Positions 18,587 to 27,766 are shown, counted from the first letter of the stretch. The stretch is DNA of 64,000 bases from Terriglobia bacterium (GCA_963770085.1 CAVYOH010000001.1:528164-592163), one strand, 5' to 3'. Translations and numbers: made by a program. Notes: generated by a model from the sequence alone, not told the origin.

Positions 18587-19360
18587 CTACTTGAGGATCA
18601 AACCGTAGATGGCGGTGGCGATTCCCACCGCAGTGCTGACGAAAGAGAGCTTCCAATAAAGCTTGTTTTCAGCCAGCAGCGCGATGGAACAAAGAACGAT
18701 GGATACTTCCAGGAATAGCTCAGCGCTGTCAAAGCGATCGCCGCGGCGCGTGATGACCTCTGTTTCTTTTTCCATATCACGCGCCTTGTCCTGGATCTTG
18801 ACGGCGCCTTCACGCGATGCGGAGCCTTCTTTCGCGGGCTTGGCGTGCTCGGCGCCAGCTTCGCCTTTCGCCGATTCAGTTTTTGCCGGCCCGGATTTCT
18901 CGACTTCCGTTGCGCCGGCTTCGGCCGGCTTTTCCGCTTTCTCTGAGCTTACGGCTTTATCAGGATTGCCGGAGGGCGCTGGCGCTTTCAAGTCGGCCGC
19001 CAACTTTCGCAAGATGGGCGACTGCTTGGCCCGGGGCGCCTGGCAGCCATTTTCAACCGGCGCGCCGCATTCTTCGTCAATGGCGACCTGCAGGAACTCG
19101 AGGGCAAGGTCCTGATGGCCAGCCGCGCTCTCGATCTCGGCATCTTTGCCATAGTCATGAGCGCGCTGGTGCTTGGCCTGATAGAAATTCCACTCGTCGT
19201 TTACCTTGGTCTGCAGCTTGATCTCTTCTGTGTGTGCACGATGGCTGAGCAGAGTGGCAATGGCCAGTAATACCGCGGTGATGGCCGTGGTCAAGCCGAT
19301 GCCCTTCTGTCCTGAGTGGTGCGCGTGTTCCGTCTGTTCGCCAAGTTCTTCAGGATTCAT
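18587..19360 (-). CDS. DUF4337-like membrane protein with K/E/A/P-rich insert
   Basis: The N-terminal TM helix, the NDEWNFYQAKHQR segment and the C-terminal TM pair resemble DUF4337. The central low-complexity stretch runs about 80 aa. Confidence 0.6.
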   Translation of the reverse strand: MNPEELGEQTEHAHHSGQKGIGLTTAITAVLLAIATLLSHRAHTEEIKLQTKVNDEWNFYQAKHQRAHDYGKDAEIESAAGHQDLALEFLQVAIDEECGAPVENGCQAPRAKQSPILRKLAADLKAPAPSGNPDKAVSSEKAEKPAEAGATEVEKSGPAKTESAKGEAGAEHAKPAKEGSASREGAVKIQDKARDMEKETEVITRRGDRFDSAELFLEVSIVLCSIALLAENKLYWKLSFVSTAVGIATAIYGLILK

Positions 19361-19434
19361 TCTTCTCTCCGTCCGTGAAAGCGAGTTTTTATGAGTTCGT
19401 GTTTATTCAATATTGCTTTTGTTCTCAAAGGGGC

Positions 19435-19953
19435 TCAGTGTCGTCTGAGAAACTTCAACCGCCGATGAGGATTCACGCTCTCAGGAATGTCATCGTTCTT
19501 GAGCACGCTGATGGAGCCATCCACTTCAAGCACAGCCAGCGCGACGTCAGTGACTTGTACACATCCATGCTCGCGGAAGGCGCGGTTGAGCTCGTCCATG
19601 GAGACGTGCTCCTTTGCCATATGCGCAGTAATAATCTCACCGTTGTGGACCAGCAGGCTGGGCGATCCCTGAATGAGCTTACGGAACTTGCGATTCACAC
19701 CGGAAACTTCAGCAAGAATGTAATTCAGGATGAGCAGGACCAAAGCCGCCACAATGCCGCCAACCAGGGAAGTATCGGGTCCGGTCATCGCGTTCTGCAC
19801 TGAGTTGCTCAGCAACAGAAGCAGCGTAAGGTCGAAGGGCGTCATCTGGCCCACTTCGCGTTTGCCCGTGAGCCTGATCCCCAGGAGGACCAGCACATAG
19901 ATAATGGTGGTGCGCAGGACGATCTCCAGCGCAGCATGCCAGGTTGTGAGCAT
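19435..19953 (-). CDS. DUF421 (YetF-like) membrane protein
   Basis: 172 aa. Two or three N-terminal TM helices plus a soluble C-terminal domain (LVHNGEIITAHMAKEHVSMDEL). Confidence 0.7.
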   Translation of the reverse strand: MLTTWHAALEIVLRTTIIYVLVLLGIRLTGKREVGQMTPFDLTLLLLLSNSVQNAMTGPDTSLVGGIVAALVLLILNYILAEVSGVNRKFRKLIQGSPSLLVHNGEIITAHMAKEHVSMDELNRAFREHGCVQVTDVALAVLEVDGSISVLKNDDIPESVNPHRRLKFLRRH

Positions 19954-20095
19954 AGTGCCTGAGAGTTTACGCAGGAAAAAGAGATTTGGAAATCGAATTA
20001 GCGCGGCCGCTTGCGCAGGCGGGAACGTTGCCGAACACCGGCTGCATCATGGTAAAATAAATTCTGTTCCGCAATCGTGATACCTCACAAGGTTT

Positions 20096-20172
20096 GCGCC
20101 CTTAGCTCAGCTGGATAGAGCGTCTGACTACGAATCAGAAGGCCGGGAGTTCGAATCTCTCAGGGCGCGCCA
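20096..20172 (+). tRNA. tRNA-Arg (anticodon ACG), CCA encoded
   Basis: GCGCCCTTAGCTCAGCTGGATAGAGCGTCTGACTACGAATCAGAAGGCCGGGAGTTCGAATCTCTCAGGGCGCGCCA. Canonical cloverleaf with anticodon loop CTACGAA. Confidence 0.95.
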
Positions 20173-20235
20173 TTTCAAATTGCAAAATCCTGCTGCGAAA
20201 TTCTGGCTGAGGAACGCACTTACGGAGTGTCCTCC

Positions 20236-20251
20236 CTGTCAAAGCTGACAG
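20236..20251. promoter_or_regulatory. 16-bp perfect palindrome CTGTCA-N4-TGACAG
   Basis: CTGTCAAAGCTGACAG. The same arms recur at 34267-34282 (perfect) and 35222-35237 (one mismatch). Confidence 0.5.
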
Positions 20252-20433
20252 CTGTCCCGATGGCACCCGCGGTGTTTAACTGTTAGGTTGACCCATGTCC
20301 TGCAAAGGGCCTGCAGAAATAATTAATTTCTGTATCGGGCTTCAATTCCGCTGAGCAAGTCTCGACCAGCGGGTTAGCGCAATTCGGCGCTAAGTTCTCA
20401 AGAAAAACAATTTGTATTTAAAGGTGTGTGCTC

Positions 20434-21273
20434 ATGTCGATCAGCAAAATCCAATGTGATGTAAAGCTGATTTTCCGGTTGGCCCTGCTCCTTACGTTCG
20501 TAGTCATACCTGAGATTGCTTCAGCACAGAACAACGATGAAGGGATCGAGGACTACAAGATTCGCATAACGGCACTGTGGTTTCGCTCGTCTCCAACGGT
20601 AACCCTGGAGGCAGCAGGACACAACGGGCTCGTAAATTTTAATCGGGATTTCAATTTCAACGACTACTCGACGTTTTCCGGAAAACTTGATTGGAAGTTT
20701 ACCCACAAAAATCACCTGTTTTTTGTGGCCACGCCCCTCAACCAGTCCAGGGGAGCTGTGCTCACTCGCACAATCACGTTTCGCGGTCAAACGTTTACCA
20801 CTGGAATAAATGCAAATGCCGACCTTCAGGCAACCGCATACGGCCTCGGATACCAGTACGACTTCATCCGGAGAAAGCGGGGCCACCTTGGGATTGCCCT
20901 GCAAGCCAATCTCATCGATACCAAGGGAACCCTCAACGCGACTACTCAGGTGACCAGTAACGGCGTGCATCAAGCTGCCGCGTCCGCCCAGGCATCCTTG
21001 CTGGCCCCGATTCCCGTGGCGGGTCCCGAGTACCGGCTTTACTTGATCTCCCAGCGACTCTTCGTCGAGGGAAATCTGAACGGCATGTGGCTCTTCGGCT
21101 ACGGCAATTATTTGTCGACCTTTAACAATCTTGGGTTGGCGTTGGGCAAGCATCTAGCTGTGAAGGCCGGGTATGCATACGCTTCGCGGTTAAGGGTGAA
21201 CGACAGCGGAAGCCGGGTTGGCCTTAGCCTCGATCAGCGGGGACCTACGGCTGGTTTCGATGTTTCATTCTGA
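20434..21273 (+). CDS. outer-membrane beta-barrel protein (hypothetical)
   Basis: Signal peptide ending EIASAQ. Alternating amphipathic beta-strand pattern. C-terminal ...GFDVSF with a terminal Phe, typical of OMPs. Confidence 0.65.
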   Translation: MSISKIQCDVKLIFRLALLLTFVVIPEIASAQNNDEGIEDYKIRITALWFRSSPTVTLEAAGHNGLVNFNRDFNFNDYSTFSGKLDWKFTHKNHLFFVATPLNQSRGAVLTRTITFRGQTFTTGINANADLQATAYGLGYQYDFIRRKRGHLGIALQANLIDTKGTLNATTQVTSNGVHQAAASAQASLLAPIPVAGPEYRLYLISQRLFVEGNLNGMWLFGYGNYLSTFNNLGLALGKHLAVKAGYAYASRLRVNDSGSRVGLSLDQRGPTAGFDVSF

Positions 21274-21322
21274 CAAGCCTTAAGAGACGAGGCAGCACAT
21301 TCGCGGGTTTAAAGAGTCCAGT

Positions 21323-21688
21323 TCAGGACAGGCTGTCGAAAAAGAGATAGAGCGAAGCTATGCGACCGTTCCGAGCAACGATAAAATCGGTTCCCGCGTA
21401 CGCTGGTGGTTTGCCGGGTATGCCAGATACCCATCGAACCCGTCCGGCATCACCTGATTCCTCGGGAGGGGCGAGCGGCTGATATTCGAACTCCGGATGT
21501 GTCGCCTTTAACACACCCGCAATACGGTCAATCTCGTCCCGGCCACGAAATGTACCGCCTTTGGGGTCATAGAACACTGCATCTTCGTGAAAGATCTCGT
21601 TGATCGCAGCGCGACGACGCACGGCGTTATTTTCGCCAAATACGTCGCTCAGATTACGAAGCAGCAAGGTCGATATGCTGTAGGACAT
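21323..21688 (-). CDS. NTF2/SnoaL-like family protein
   Basis: 121-aa alpha+beta cone-type sequence ([12 protein letters not shown]...[20 protein letters not shown]). Confidence 0.6.
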   Translation of the reverse strand: MSYSISTLLLRNLSDVFGENNAVRRRAAINEIFHEDAVFYDPKGGTFRGRDEIDRIAGVLKATHPEFEYQPLAPPEESGDAGRVRWVSGIPGKPPAYAGTDFIVARNGRIASLYLFFDSLS

Positions 21689-21765
21689 GACTATCTAGAT
21701 GTACGCATCGAAGGAAAGTTGCAGCAAGACGCGGTGTGACGGATTGTTCAAATCATTGATCTGGA

Positions 21766-22746
21766 TCAGGGTAAGATCACCATTCGACGGCCTGGCTGGT
21801 CGCGCTGCCAGGCGTTCTCGATATCCGCGAGCGGGACCGTTTCCGTGTCTATCTTCAAGTCGCCTTTGGCGGCGTGCGCCATCACTTGCTGAAAGGCTTC
21901 GACCAGAACGTCGCGAGAGGGAATCCCCGCAGTCCCCATCATTGTTAATGCCGTACTACGCAGCACGGCTGCGGGAAGCGTGATGGTCGGCGCAGCGCTT
22001 TCCCCAACCTGAACAAAGCGGGTTTCGGATTGGATCACCGCAAATTCTTTTCGTGTTATGGCCGCCAGAAACGTCTGTGCAGGTTGGCCCCACACGTAAT
22101 CGATCACAACCTGGAATCCGGACTGGCCCGCTTCGCGCACAAATGCTTCGCTTAGTTCAGTCTCTGGCAGAGCGAGGGAAATGGTCGCGTCGGCGCCCAG
22201 ATCGCGGAGCGTGCTCAGTGACTGTTGATTGCGACCGGCAGCTACGACCCGAGCCGCCCCAAGAAGCTTCGCGATCTTTACCGCCAGCTTGCCGGTCACG
22301 CCCGTGGCCCCAAGGATGAGGACGTTTTCACCACGCACCAACTTTGCACGGTAGGCCAGTGAGAGCCAGGCTGAGATACCTGGGTTGGGCAAAGCTGCGG
22401 CAGTTTCGTCATTCACATCTTCCGGGACCGGAAACGTAAATGCGCGCGGCACAACCGTACGCTGGGCCATGGCACCGTGAGGTGGTCGAGGACCACCGAA
22501 GAAGACCCGTTGGCCGTCGTCCAGGTGCCCAACTCCATCCGAGCCGCAGACGCGTGGTAATTCGCCGTGGCTTGCATAATGCGATCCGATGGCCAGTTGC
22601 CGGTCAATCGGCTTCAGCGATGCGGCATGAACATGAACGATCACTTCACGCGCTTTGTCGCCGCCGTCTTTATTACTAAGGCTCGGCTCCGGGAATTCTT
22701 CGTATCGAGGCACTGTTCCAATCGTGTGCAGGACGGCTGCATGCAT
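21766..22746 (-). CDS. zinc-type/quinone oxidoreductase (MDR superfamily)
   Basis: 326 aa. Rossmann motif ILGATGVTGKLAVKIAKLLGA, with N-terminal GroES-like region. Confidence 0.8.
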   Translation of the reverse strand: MHAAVLHTIGTVPRYEEFPEPSLSNKDGGDKAREVIVHVHAASLKPIDRQLAIGSHYASHGELPRVCGSDGVGHLDDGQRVFFGGPRPPHGAMAQRTVVPRAFTFPVPEDVNDETAAALPNPGISAWLSLAYRAKLVRGENVLILGATGVTGKLAVKIAKLLGAARVVAAGRNQQSLSTLRDLGADATISLALPETELSEAFVREAGQSGFQVVIDYVWGQPAQTFLAAITRKEFAVIQSETRFVQVGESAAPTITLPAAVLRSTALTMMGTAGIPSRDVLVEAFQQVMAHAAKGDLKIDTETVPLADIENAWQRDQPGRRMVILP

Positions 22747-23035
22747 GCGACTTCCCCCTATGACGTTTTTATCCCACAGATTCTACGGGCAGGTATGCCA
22801 CTCAGCAATCGACGCCTGTCAGATCAGCGCTGCCGTTCAGTGCTGCTAGTTTTGCCAGTTGGATGATTCAGCAGCTGCGGTCATGATCTCGGATTCAAGG
22901 GACTCGTGTGAACTGCTGTACGCCAAAAGCGGAGGATCACGGGTCGCAGATGCTGGGAGGGCCAGATTCCAAGTGACCATCCCGATGGATCAGTACTCGA
23001 CACCTTAACAACGTCAGTACATCGCGGAGGCCGCT

Positions 23036-25261
23036 ATGCGATTCTGCCTAACTAGAACAAACCAGAACAAAGTCTTCATCTCGGTCCTTGTCCTTTTTCT
23101 CATTGTGGCTTTCACTCGCGGCTCCGGCCAGGAGACCGCACCGACGCAGCCAACTCGTCCCAAAGTAGGTTTAGTGCTGGAAGGCGGAGGCGCGCTGGGG
23201 TTGGCGCATATCGGAGTCATACAGTGGCTGGAGGATCATCACATCCCGGTGAACTACGTGGCCGGCACCAGTATGGGCGGCCTGGTAGGCGGCCTCTACG
23301 CAACCGGTCACTCGGCGCCGGAAGTGAAAGCACTGATCAAGACCATCGACTGGGATGAGGTACTGGCAGGTCAAACTCCATACAAGAATCTCTCTTATCG
23401 CCGCAAGCAGGATGCTGCGGAATACCCCAATCGTCTGGAATTCGGCCTCAGGAAAGGAGTGGAGTTCCCGGAAGGATTTAATTCAGGACAGGGAGTGATG
23501 ATGATCCTGGACCGGGTTGCACTGCCGTACTCCAACGTCGCTGACTTCAATGATCTTCCCACTCCGTTTGCCTGCGTCGCGACTGAACTGGTGACAAACC
23601 AAGCCTACGTTTTTCGCAAGGGATCACTTTCACTTGCGTTGCGCGCCACCATGTCACTGCCGGGAGTGTTTGATCCGGTCAGGTGGAATGGACAGATTTT
23701 CGCCGACGGGGGAATGTTGGACAACCTTCCGGTGGACGTAGCGAAGAGCATGGGGGCCGATGTGACGATCGCGGTCCACCTGGAAGTCGCGAAATTAAAT
23801 TCCCAGGCAACGCTGTCTTCCTTCGGAATGTTGAGCCGCTCCATCAGCGTTGTGATTGCCGCCAATGAGTTGCGATCGATGGAAAAAGCGGACATGCTCA
23901 TCTCTGTTCCGCTGGACAAGTTTACTTCGATGCAGTACAACCGTGCGGACCAGCTCATCAATGCCGGTTATGCAGCGGCGGAATCCAAGGCGGCAGTGCT
24001 TAAAACGCTGGCCGTCGATGATGAAACGTGGCGAGCTTATCTGGAGCAACGCGCGGCGCGCCGCCTCACAGCCCCTGCTCCCCAGTTTGTGGAAGTGACT
24101 GGAACCAGCAAGAAGCTGGCGAATGCCATCGAAAACGATCTGAAAAACAACGTTGGAAAGCCGGTTCAGACGGCAGCTTTGCAGGAACAGCTATTGGACC
24201 TGAAGGGGCAAGGACGCTTCTCAAACTTCAGCTACCAGATGGTAAACCGCAACGACAAACCCGGCCTGCTCGTGACGGCAACAGAAAAATCTTATGCGCC
24301 GCCACTTGTGCAACCACTTCTTCTGTTCGGTGGTTCGAATTTCAGTGGTATTGATTTCAGCGCGGGCGCGCGTATTACGTTTCTGGATTTTGGCAGCTAC
24401 CGTGCCGAACTGCGTAATGACGTGATCGTGGGGTCACAGTATGGCATTAACAGCCAGTATTACCGTCCGTTCAGCGCCAGCAGCAAGTGGTTCATCGCGC
24501 CGGCGGGGTTTGCCAGCTACCAGCAATACCCTATCTACAATCGAGATATTTTTCTCGCGCAGTACCGCAAAACCTCCGCAGGTGGAGGCATTGAAGTTGG
24601 TTATGAGTTCGGACGCATTGCGCAACTGAGTGTTGGTTATGTAGCCGCGCAGGAGAGCCTGGCGCCCAAGATCGGCGACCAAACTCTTCTCCCTAATGTT
24701 TCAGGCCGTTTCGGCTCGACCACGCTTCATTTTGCATTGAATGATGTGGACAATCCGGTCATCCCTCGCACTGGAGAGTACATGGACATGAGCACCGCAT
24801 GGGTGGATTCGAACCCCGGAGGAGCTCATTCATTTCCGACGGCACAAGGCGGCGTGGTCAAATTCATTAAGCTGAATCAGCCTTCCTCGGTCTACTTTGG
24901 AGCCCATGGCGGAACCACGTTCGGCAATGAACTGGTAGGGGTGCCTCTTTTTTCTTTGGGAGGCCCTAACGGCTTTGCGGCTTATGGTGAAAACGAATTG
25001 CTTACCGACCAGTATTACCAGTTCCAGGGAGGGTATCTCCGCAAATTAGTCAGGTTCCCGGTTTTTCTTGGCGAGGGACTCTATGTCAACGCGTTGTTGG
25101 AGGGTGGTAAGGTATTTGCGCCGCCCTTCAAATCGCAAACGCCAGGCGATGTGGTTGCCGCAATGGTAGCCAATACAATATTCGGGCCGGTGGAACTCGG
25201 CTGGGCGGTTGGGACGGAGGGGCATCGGCGCGTGTTCTTCAAACTGGGCCGAATCTTCTAA
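23036..25261 (+). CDS. patatin-like phospholipase fused to an Omp85/BamA-like barrel (PlpD-like, type Vd secretion architecture)
   Basis: Signal peptide. Patatin motifs GGGALGLAHIG and GTSMGG, plus DGG. Long C-terminal beta-rich domain ending KLGRIF. Confidence 0.8.
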   Translation: MRFCLTRTNQNKVFISVLVLFLIVAFTRGSGQETAPTQPTRPKVGLVLEGGGALGLAHIGVIQWLEDHHIPVNYVAGTSMGGLVGGLYATGHSAPEVKALIKTIDWDEVLAGQTPYKNLSYRRKQDAAEYPNRLEFGLRKGVEFPEGFNSGQGVMMILDRVALPYSNVADFNDLPTPFACVATELVTNQAYVFRKGSLSLALRATMSLPGVFDPVRWNGQIFADGGMLDNLPVDVAKSMGADVTIAVHLEVAKLNSQATLSSFGMLSRSISVVIAANELRSMEKADMLISVPLDKFTSMQYNRADQLINAGYAAAESKAAVLKTLAVDDETWRAYLEQRAARRLTAPAPQFVEVTGTSKKLANAIENDLKNNVGKPVQTAALQEQLLDLKGQGRFSNFSYQMVNRNDKPGLLVTATEKSYAPPLVQPLLLFGGSNFSGIDFSAGARITFLDFGSYRAELRNDVIVGSQYGINSQYYRPFSASSKWFIAPAGFASYQQYPIYNRDIFLAQYRKTSAGGGIEVGYEFGRIAQLSVGYVAAQESLAPKIGDQTLLPNVSGRFGSTTLHFALNDVDNPVIPRTGEYMDMSTAWVDSNPGGAHSFPTAQGGVVKFIKLNQPSSVYFGAHGGTTFGNELVGVPLFSLGGPNGFAAYGENELLTDQYYQFQGGYLRKLVRFPVFLGEGLYVNALLEGGKVFAPPFKSQTPGDVVAAMVANTIFGPVELGWAVGTEGHRRVFFKLGRIF

Positions 25262-25357
25262 AGGGATCACGCGGTTTATCCCGTTCAAGCTGTTTATCAT
25301 CGCCAAGGATGCAGTTTTACCATTGTGTTAAATGAATGCCAGGGACGGCACTGACGA

Positions 25358-25387
25358 TTGACATTCGTTCAGAGATGACAGTACTAT
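25358..25387 (+). promoter_or_regulatory. sigma70-like promoter of the leader transcript
   Basis: TTGACA (25358-25363), 18-nt spacer, TACTAT (25382-25387). Confidence 0.5.
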
Positions 25388-25415
25388 CAAATTTCAAGTG
25401 AAGAACTCTTGCCAG

Positions 25416-25481
25416 ATGCGGACTGCTATGTGCGACGCGTGTTGTTGTTGCGCGGCCGTCTACGTCCATTCTGGCGAGTGA
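25416..25481 (+). CDS. candidate Cys-rich leader peptide MRTAMCDACCCCAAVYVHSGE
   Basis: 21 codons, 6 of them Cys, including TGT TGT TGT TGC at 25440-25451. Sits between a promoter and an intrinsic terminator. Below the ORF-track length cutoff. Confidence 0.45.
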   Translation: MRTAMCDACCCCAAVYVHSGE

Positions 25482-25531
25482 TTTCTTTCTAGGCATCAGG
25501 TTTTAGTTTTCTCGAAGCGTTTTTCTAGAAG

Positions 25532-25565
25532 CCCACTCACCGGACGTGAGTGGGTTTTTCTTTTT
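25532..25565 (+). terminator. intrinsic terminator / attenuator upstream of the yeiH-family operon
   Basis: Perfect 9-bp stem CCCACTCAC / GTGAGTGGG, loop CGGAC, then TTTTTCTTTTT. Confidence 0.8.
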
Positions 25566-25615
25566 GCGCACAACACCAACCAGCCGCCGTAAGGGCTAAA
25601 GCAAAGGATCAAGAA

Positions 25616-25759
25616 ATGAGTCACCAGGAAATGAATAACCAAGCAACGAGTAACCAGGCACCAATACGAAGGTTTTCGCTCGACGCATGGGCTGTTGTTC
25701 TGGCCTTGATAGCCGTATTTCTGGTCAGGTTTGGCCTGATCAAACATATCTCCTGGTAA
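25616..25759 (+). CDS. small single-TM hypothetical protein
   Basis: AAGGA 7 nt before ATG 25616. Product MSHQEMNNQATSNQAPIRRFSLDAWAVVLALIAVFLVRFGLIKHISW has one TM helix. Confidence 0.4.
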   Translation: MSHQEMNNQATSNQAPIRRFSLDAWAVVLALIAVFLVRFGLIKHISW

Positions 25760-25778
25760 GGGAGTGAAGGAGACAGCC

Positions 25779-26864
25779 ATGGCATCCACATCAGTTCTAA
25801 CATCACAACAACCACTCACTTTACCCAGAAAATTCTTCGCCATCTTTCCCGGCGTGGCGCTGTTAACGATCATCGGCCTGGCCGGCAAGGTTATGGAACA
25901 ATCCATTGCCAGATACGCCAGGGCCCATCATCTACATCTGCCAAATATTGAGTACGTACTCTGGGCCATTGCAATCGGCTTCATCATCTCGAATACGGTT
26001 GGTGTGGCAGAGATTTTTGAGCCTGGCATAGCGACCTACGAGTTCTGGCTGAAAACGGGAATCGTTTTGCTGGGCGCACGATTTATTCTTGCCGACGTGC
26101 TCAAGCTTGGCGGCGTGAGCCTGGCTCTGGTGGTCATTGAGCTGGGGCTGTCGATCGCGCTCATGACGTTTCTGGGACGGATTTTCAAACTCAGCCCCAA
26201 GCTCACCAGCCTGCTGGCGGTGGGATCTTCGATCTGCGGCGTCTCAGCGATTATTGCAACCCAAGGCGCGATTGAAGCAGACGACGAAGATTCTACGTTT
26301 GCGATTGCTGCAATTCTGGCGCTTGGCGCGCTGGCGTTGTTTACCTTTCCGCCGATTGGGCACGCTTTACATATGAGCGACCAGTTCTACGGCCTGTGGG
26401 CCGGCATGGGTGTGGACAACACGGCGGAAGCAGTTGCTGCGGGTGCTCTTTATTCTGATTCGGCTGCGAAGATTGCCGTCCTGGCCAAGACCACGCGCAA
26501 CGCGATGATCGGGTTTGTGGTCCTGGGCTATGCCATTTACTGGGCCGCCCGCGAGGGCCGCACGGTGGTTGGCAGCAAGGCTGCATTTTTGTGGAACAAG
26601 TTTCCAAAGTTTGTACTGGGTTTCCTGACTATCTCGGTGCTGGCAAGTGTGAAGTTCTTTTCCGGCGACCAGATAAATAATATCGCCAACCTGTCACGCT
26701 GGGCCTTCCTGCTCACCTTCGCAGGAGTCGGTCTGCGGATCAATTTCCGCGAGATGAAAGGGCAGGGGATGCGTCCATTTCTGGTGGGTGCGATTGGCGA
26801 AGTGGTCATCGCAGCCATCACGCTTGGATTGGTACTGGGCGCTAGTAAGTTCGTGAAGATATAA
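25779..26864 (+). CDS. YeiH/UPF0324-family transporter (family annotated as putative sulfate exporter)
   Basis: About 360-aa polytopic membrane protein. GAAGGAG before ATG 25779. Family-typical segments LAVGSSICGVSAI and TTRNAMIG. Confidence 0.75.
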   Translation: MASTSVLTSQQPLTLPRKFFAIFPGVALLTIIGLAGKVMEQSIARYARAHHLHLPNIEYVLWAIAIGFIISNTVGVAEIFEPGIATYEFWLKTGIVLLGARFILADVLKLGGVSLALVVIELGLSIALMTFLGRIFKLSPKLTSLLAVGSSICGVSAIIATQGAIEADDEDSTFAIAAILALGALALFTFPPIGHALHMSDQFYGLWAGMGVDNTAEAVAAGALYSDSAAKIAVLAKTTRNAMIGFVVLGYAIYWAAREGRTVVGSKAAFLWNKFPKFVLGFLTISVLASVKFFSGDQINNIANLSRWAFLLTFAGVGLRINFREMKGQGMRPFLVGAIGEVVIAAITLGLVLGASKFVKI

Positions 26865-27016
26865 ACGGGCTTTGCTAATTGCATACAACAAGCGGCGGGT
26901 TTGTGAGCATCTTTGAATTTTGAGGTCTTTTATAGAAGATATAGAAGACTTCGACCCGCCGCGGCATTTTGTTTCTGCTAATCCAAGCGGCTCCGCATGT
27001 TAGATTTGAGGGCCTC

Positions 27017-27766
27017 ATGGAAGCCGACAGCAGAAAAAGATTTCAATTCATCGTTGGATTGTTGCTGGTTCTTCTCTTCATACGACTGGTGGTAATTTTC
27101 TACCAGCGACATGAAGCGAACAAGCCAGCGGAAAAAAAGACCCCCACCTATTCCAGCAATATGGATGACTACGTCACTCTGCCCAAAATCCATCCTTATG
27201 ACCTAAAGTCGGCGGCGAAGGAACTGGTTGGGAAAACCATCTGGGTGCGGGCCGGGAACGCTATCCACTATTATCCGTTTTCAGCAGCAACGCATACGGC
27301 TGATCTCAAGCATGAAAAAGGTCTTCTGCCCCCGTTGGCTAAGCTGCAGATCAAAGACGTGGTGTTACAGAAGATTCCCAGCGGAGCTCTGGCGGAAGGA
27401 CAGGTTTCAGTGGTACAGAAGCAGGCTCTTGCAGTATTTCAGATGGGAGATGAACCGGGCACATATGCCGTGCCGATTGGCGCCAGCACGGGTGACGATT
27501 TCAACTTCACAGGCAATGACCTGTTCTTCTTTGCTGATCCGCACGAACTGTATAAACACTGGCCACAGGAAACCTGGCAGGCAATCGACAATCATCAGGC
27601 GAAACAGGGGATGAATGAGATTCAGGTTTCAATGGCCCTGGGCACGGTTGCCACAGGAGCAGGCGAATATGGCAATCGCACGCTGCAATTCGACAACAAC
27701 GGTCATCCGGTGACGGTAACCTTCGCCAACAACAAAGCCACGTCTGTATCAGAACAACAAAAGTAG
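27017..27766 (+). CDS. membrane-anchored hypothetical protein
   Basis: ATG 27017 (MEADSRKRFQFIVGLLLVLLFIRLVVIF) gives an N-terminal TM anchor. No recognisable motif. Confidence 0.55.
   Translation: MEADSRKRFQFIVGLLLVLLFIRLVVIFYQRHEANKPAEKKTPTYSSNMDDYVTLPKIHPYDLKSAAKELVGKTIWVRAGNAIHYYPFSAATHTADLKHEKGLLPPLAKLQIKDVVLQKIPSGALAEGQVSVVQKQALAVFQMGDEPGTYAVPIGASTGDDFNFTGNDLFFFADPHELYKHWPQETWQAIDNHQAKQGMNEIQVSMALGTVATGAGEYGNRTLQFDNNGHPVTVTFANNKATSVSEQQK

Noticed and set aside
20521-21153. Minus-strand 210-aa ORF antisense to the OMP gene.
   Set aside because: The plus-strand product has a signal peptide, a beta-strand pattern and a terminal Phe. The antisense ORF has none of these.
20173-23035. Possible genomic island integrated next to tRNA-Arg.
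   Set aside because: No integrase, no direct repeat of the tRNA 3' end, and no mobility genes. The downstream genes (OMP, SnoaL-like, oxidoreductase) look ordinary.
25496-25906. Minus-strand 136-aa ORF, and the long version (25550..25759) of the small plus-strand ORF in the yeiH leader region.
   Set aside because: The minus ORF spans the terminator and the yeiH start with no signals. The 25550 start lies inside the terminator hairpin, so ATG 25616 with an AAGGA site is preferred.
26892-26962. 9-bp GC stem GCGGCGGGT / ACCCGCCGC enclosing about 53 nt with a TATAGAAGA duplication, downstream of the yeiH-family gene.
   Set aside because: The loop is far too long for a canonical intrinsic terminator, and I cannot evaluate alternative folds by eye. 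Left unassigned.
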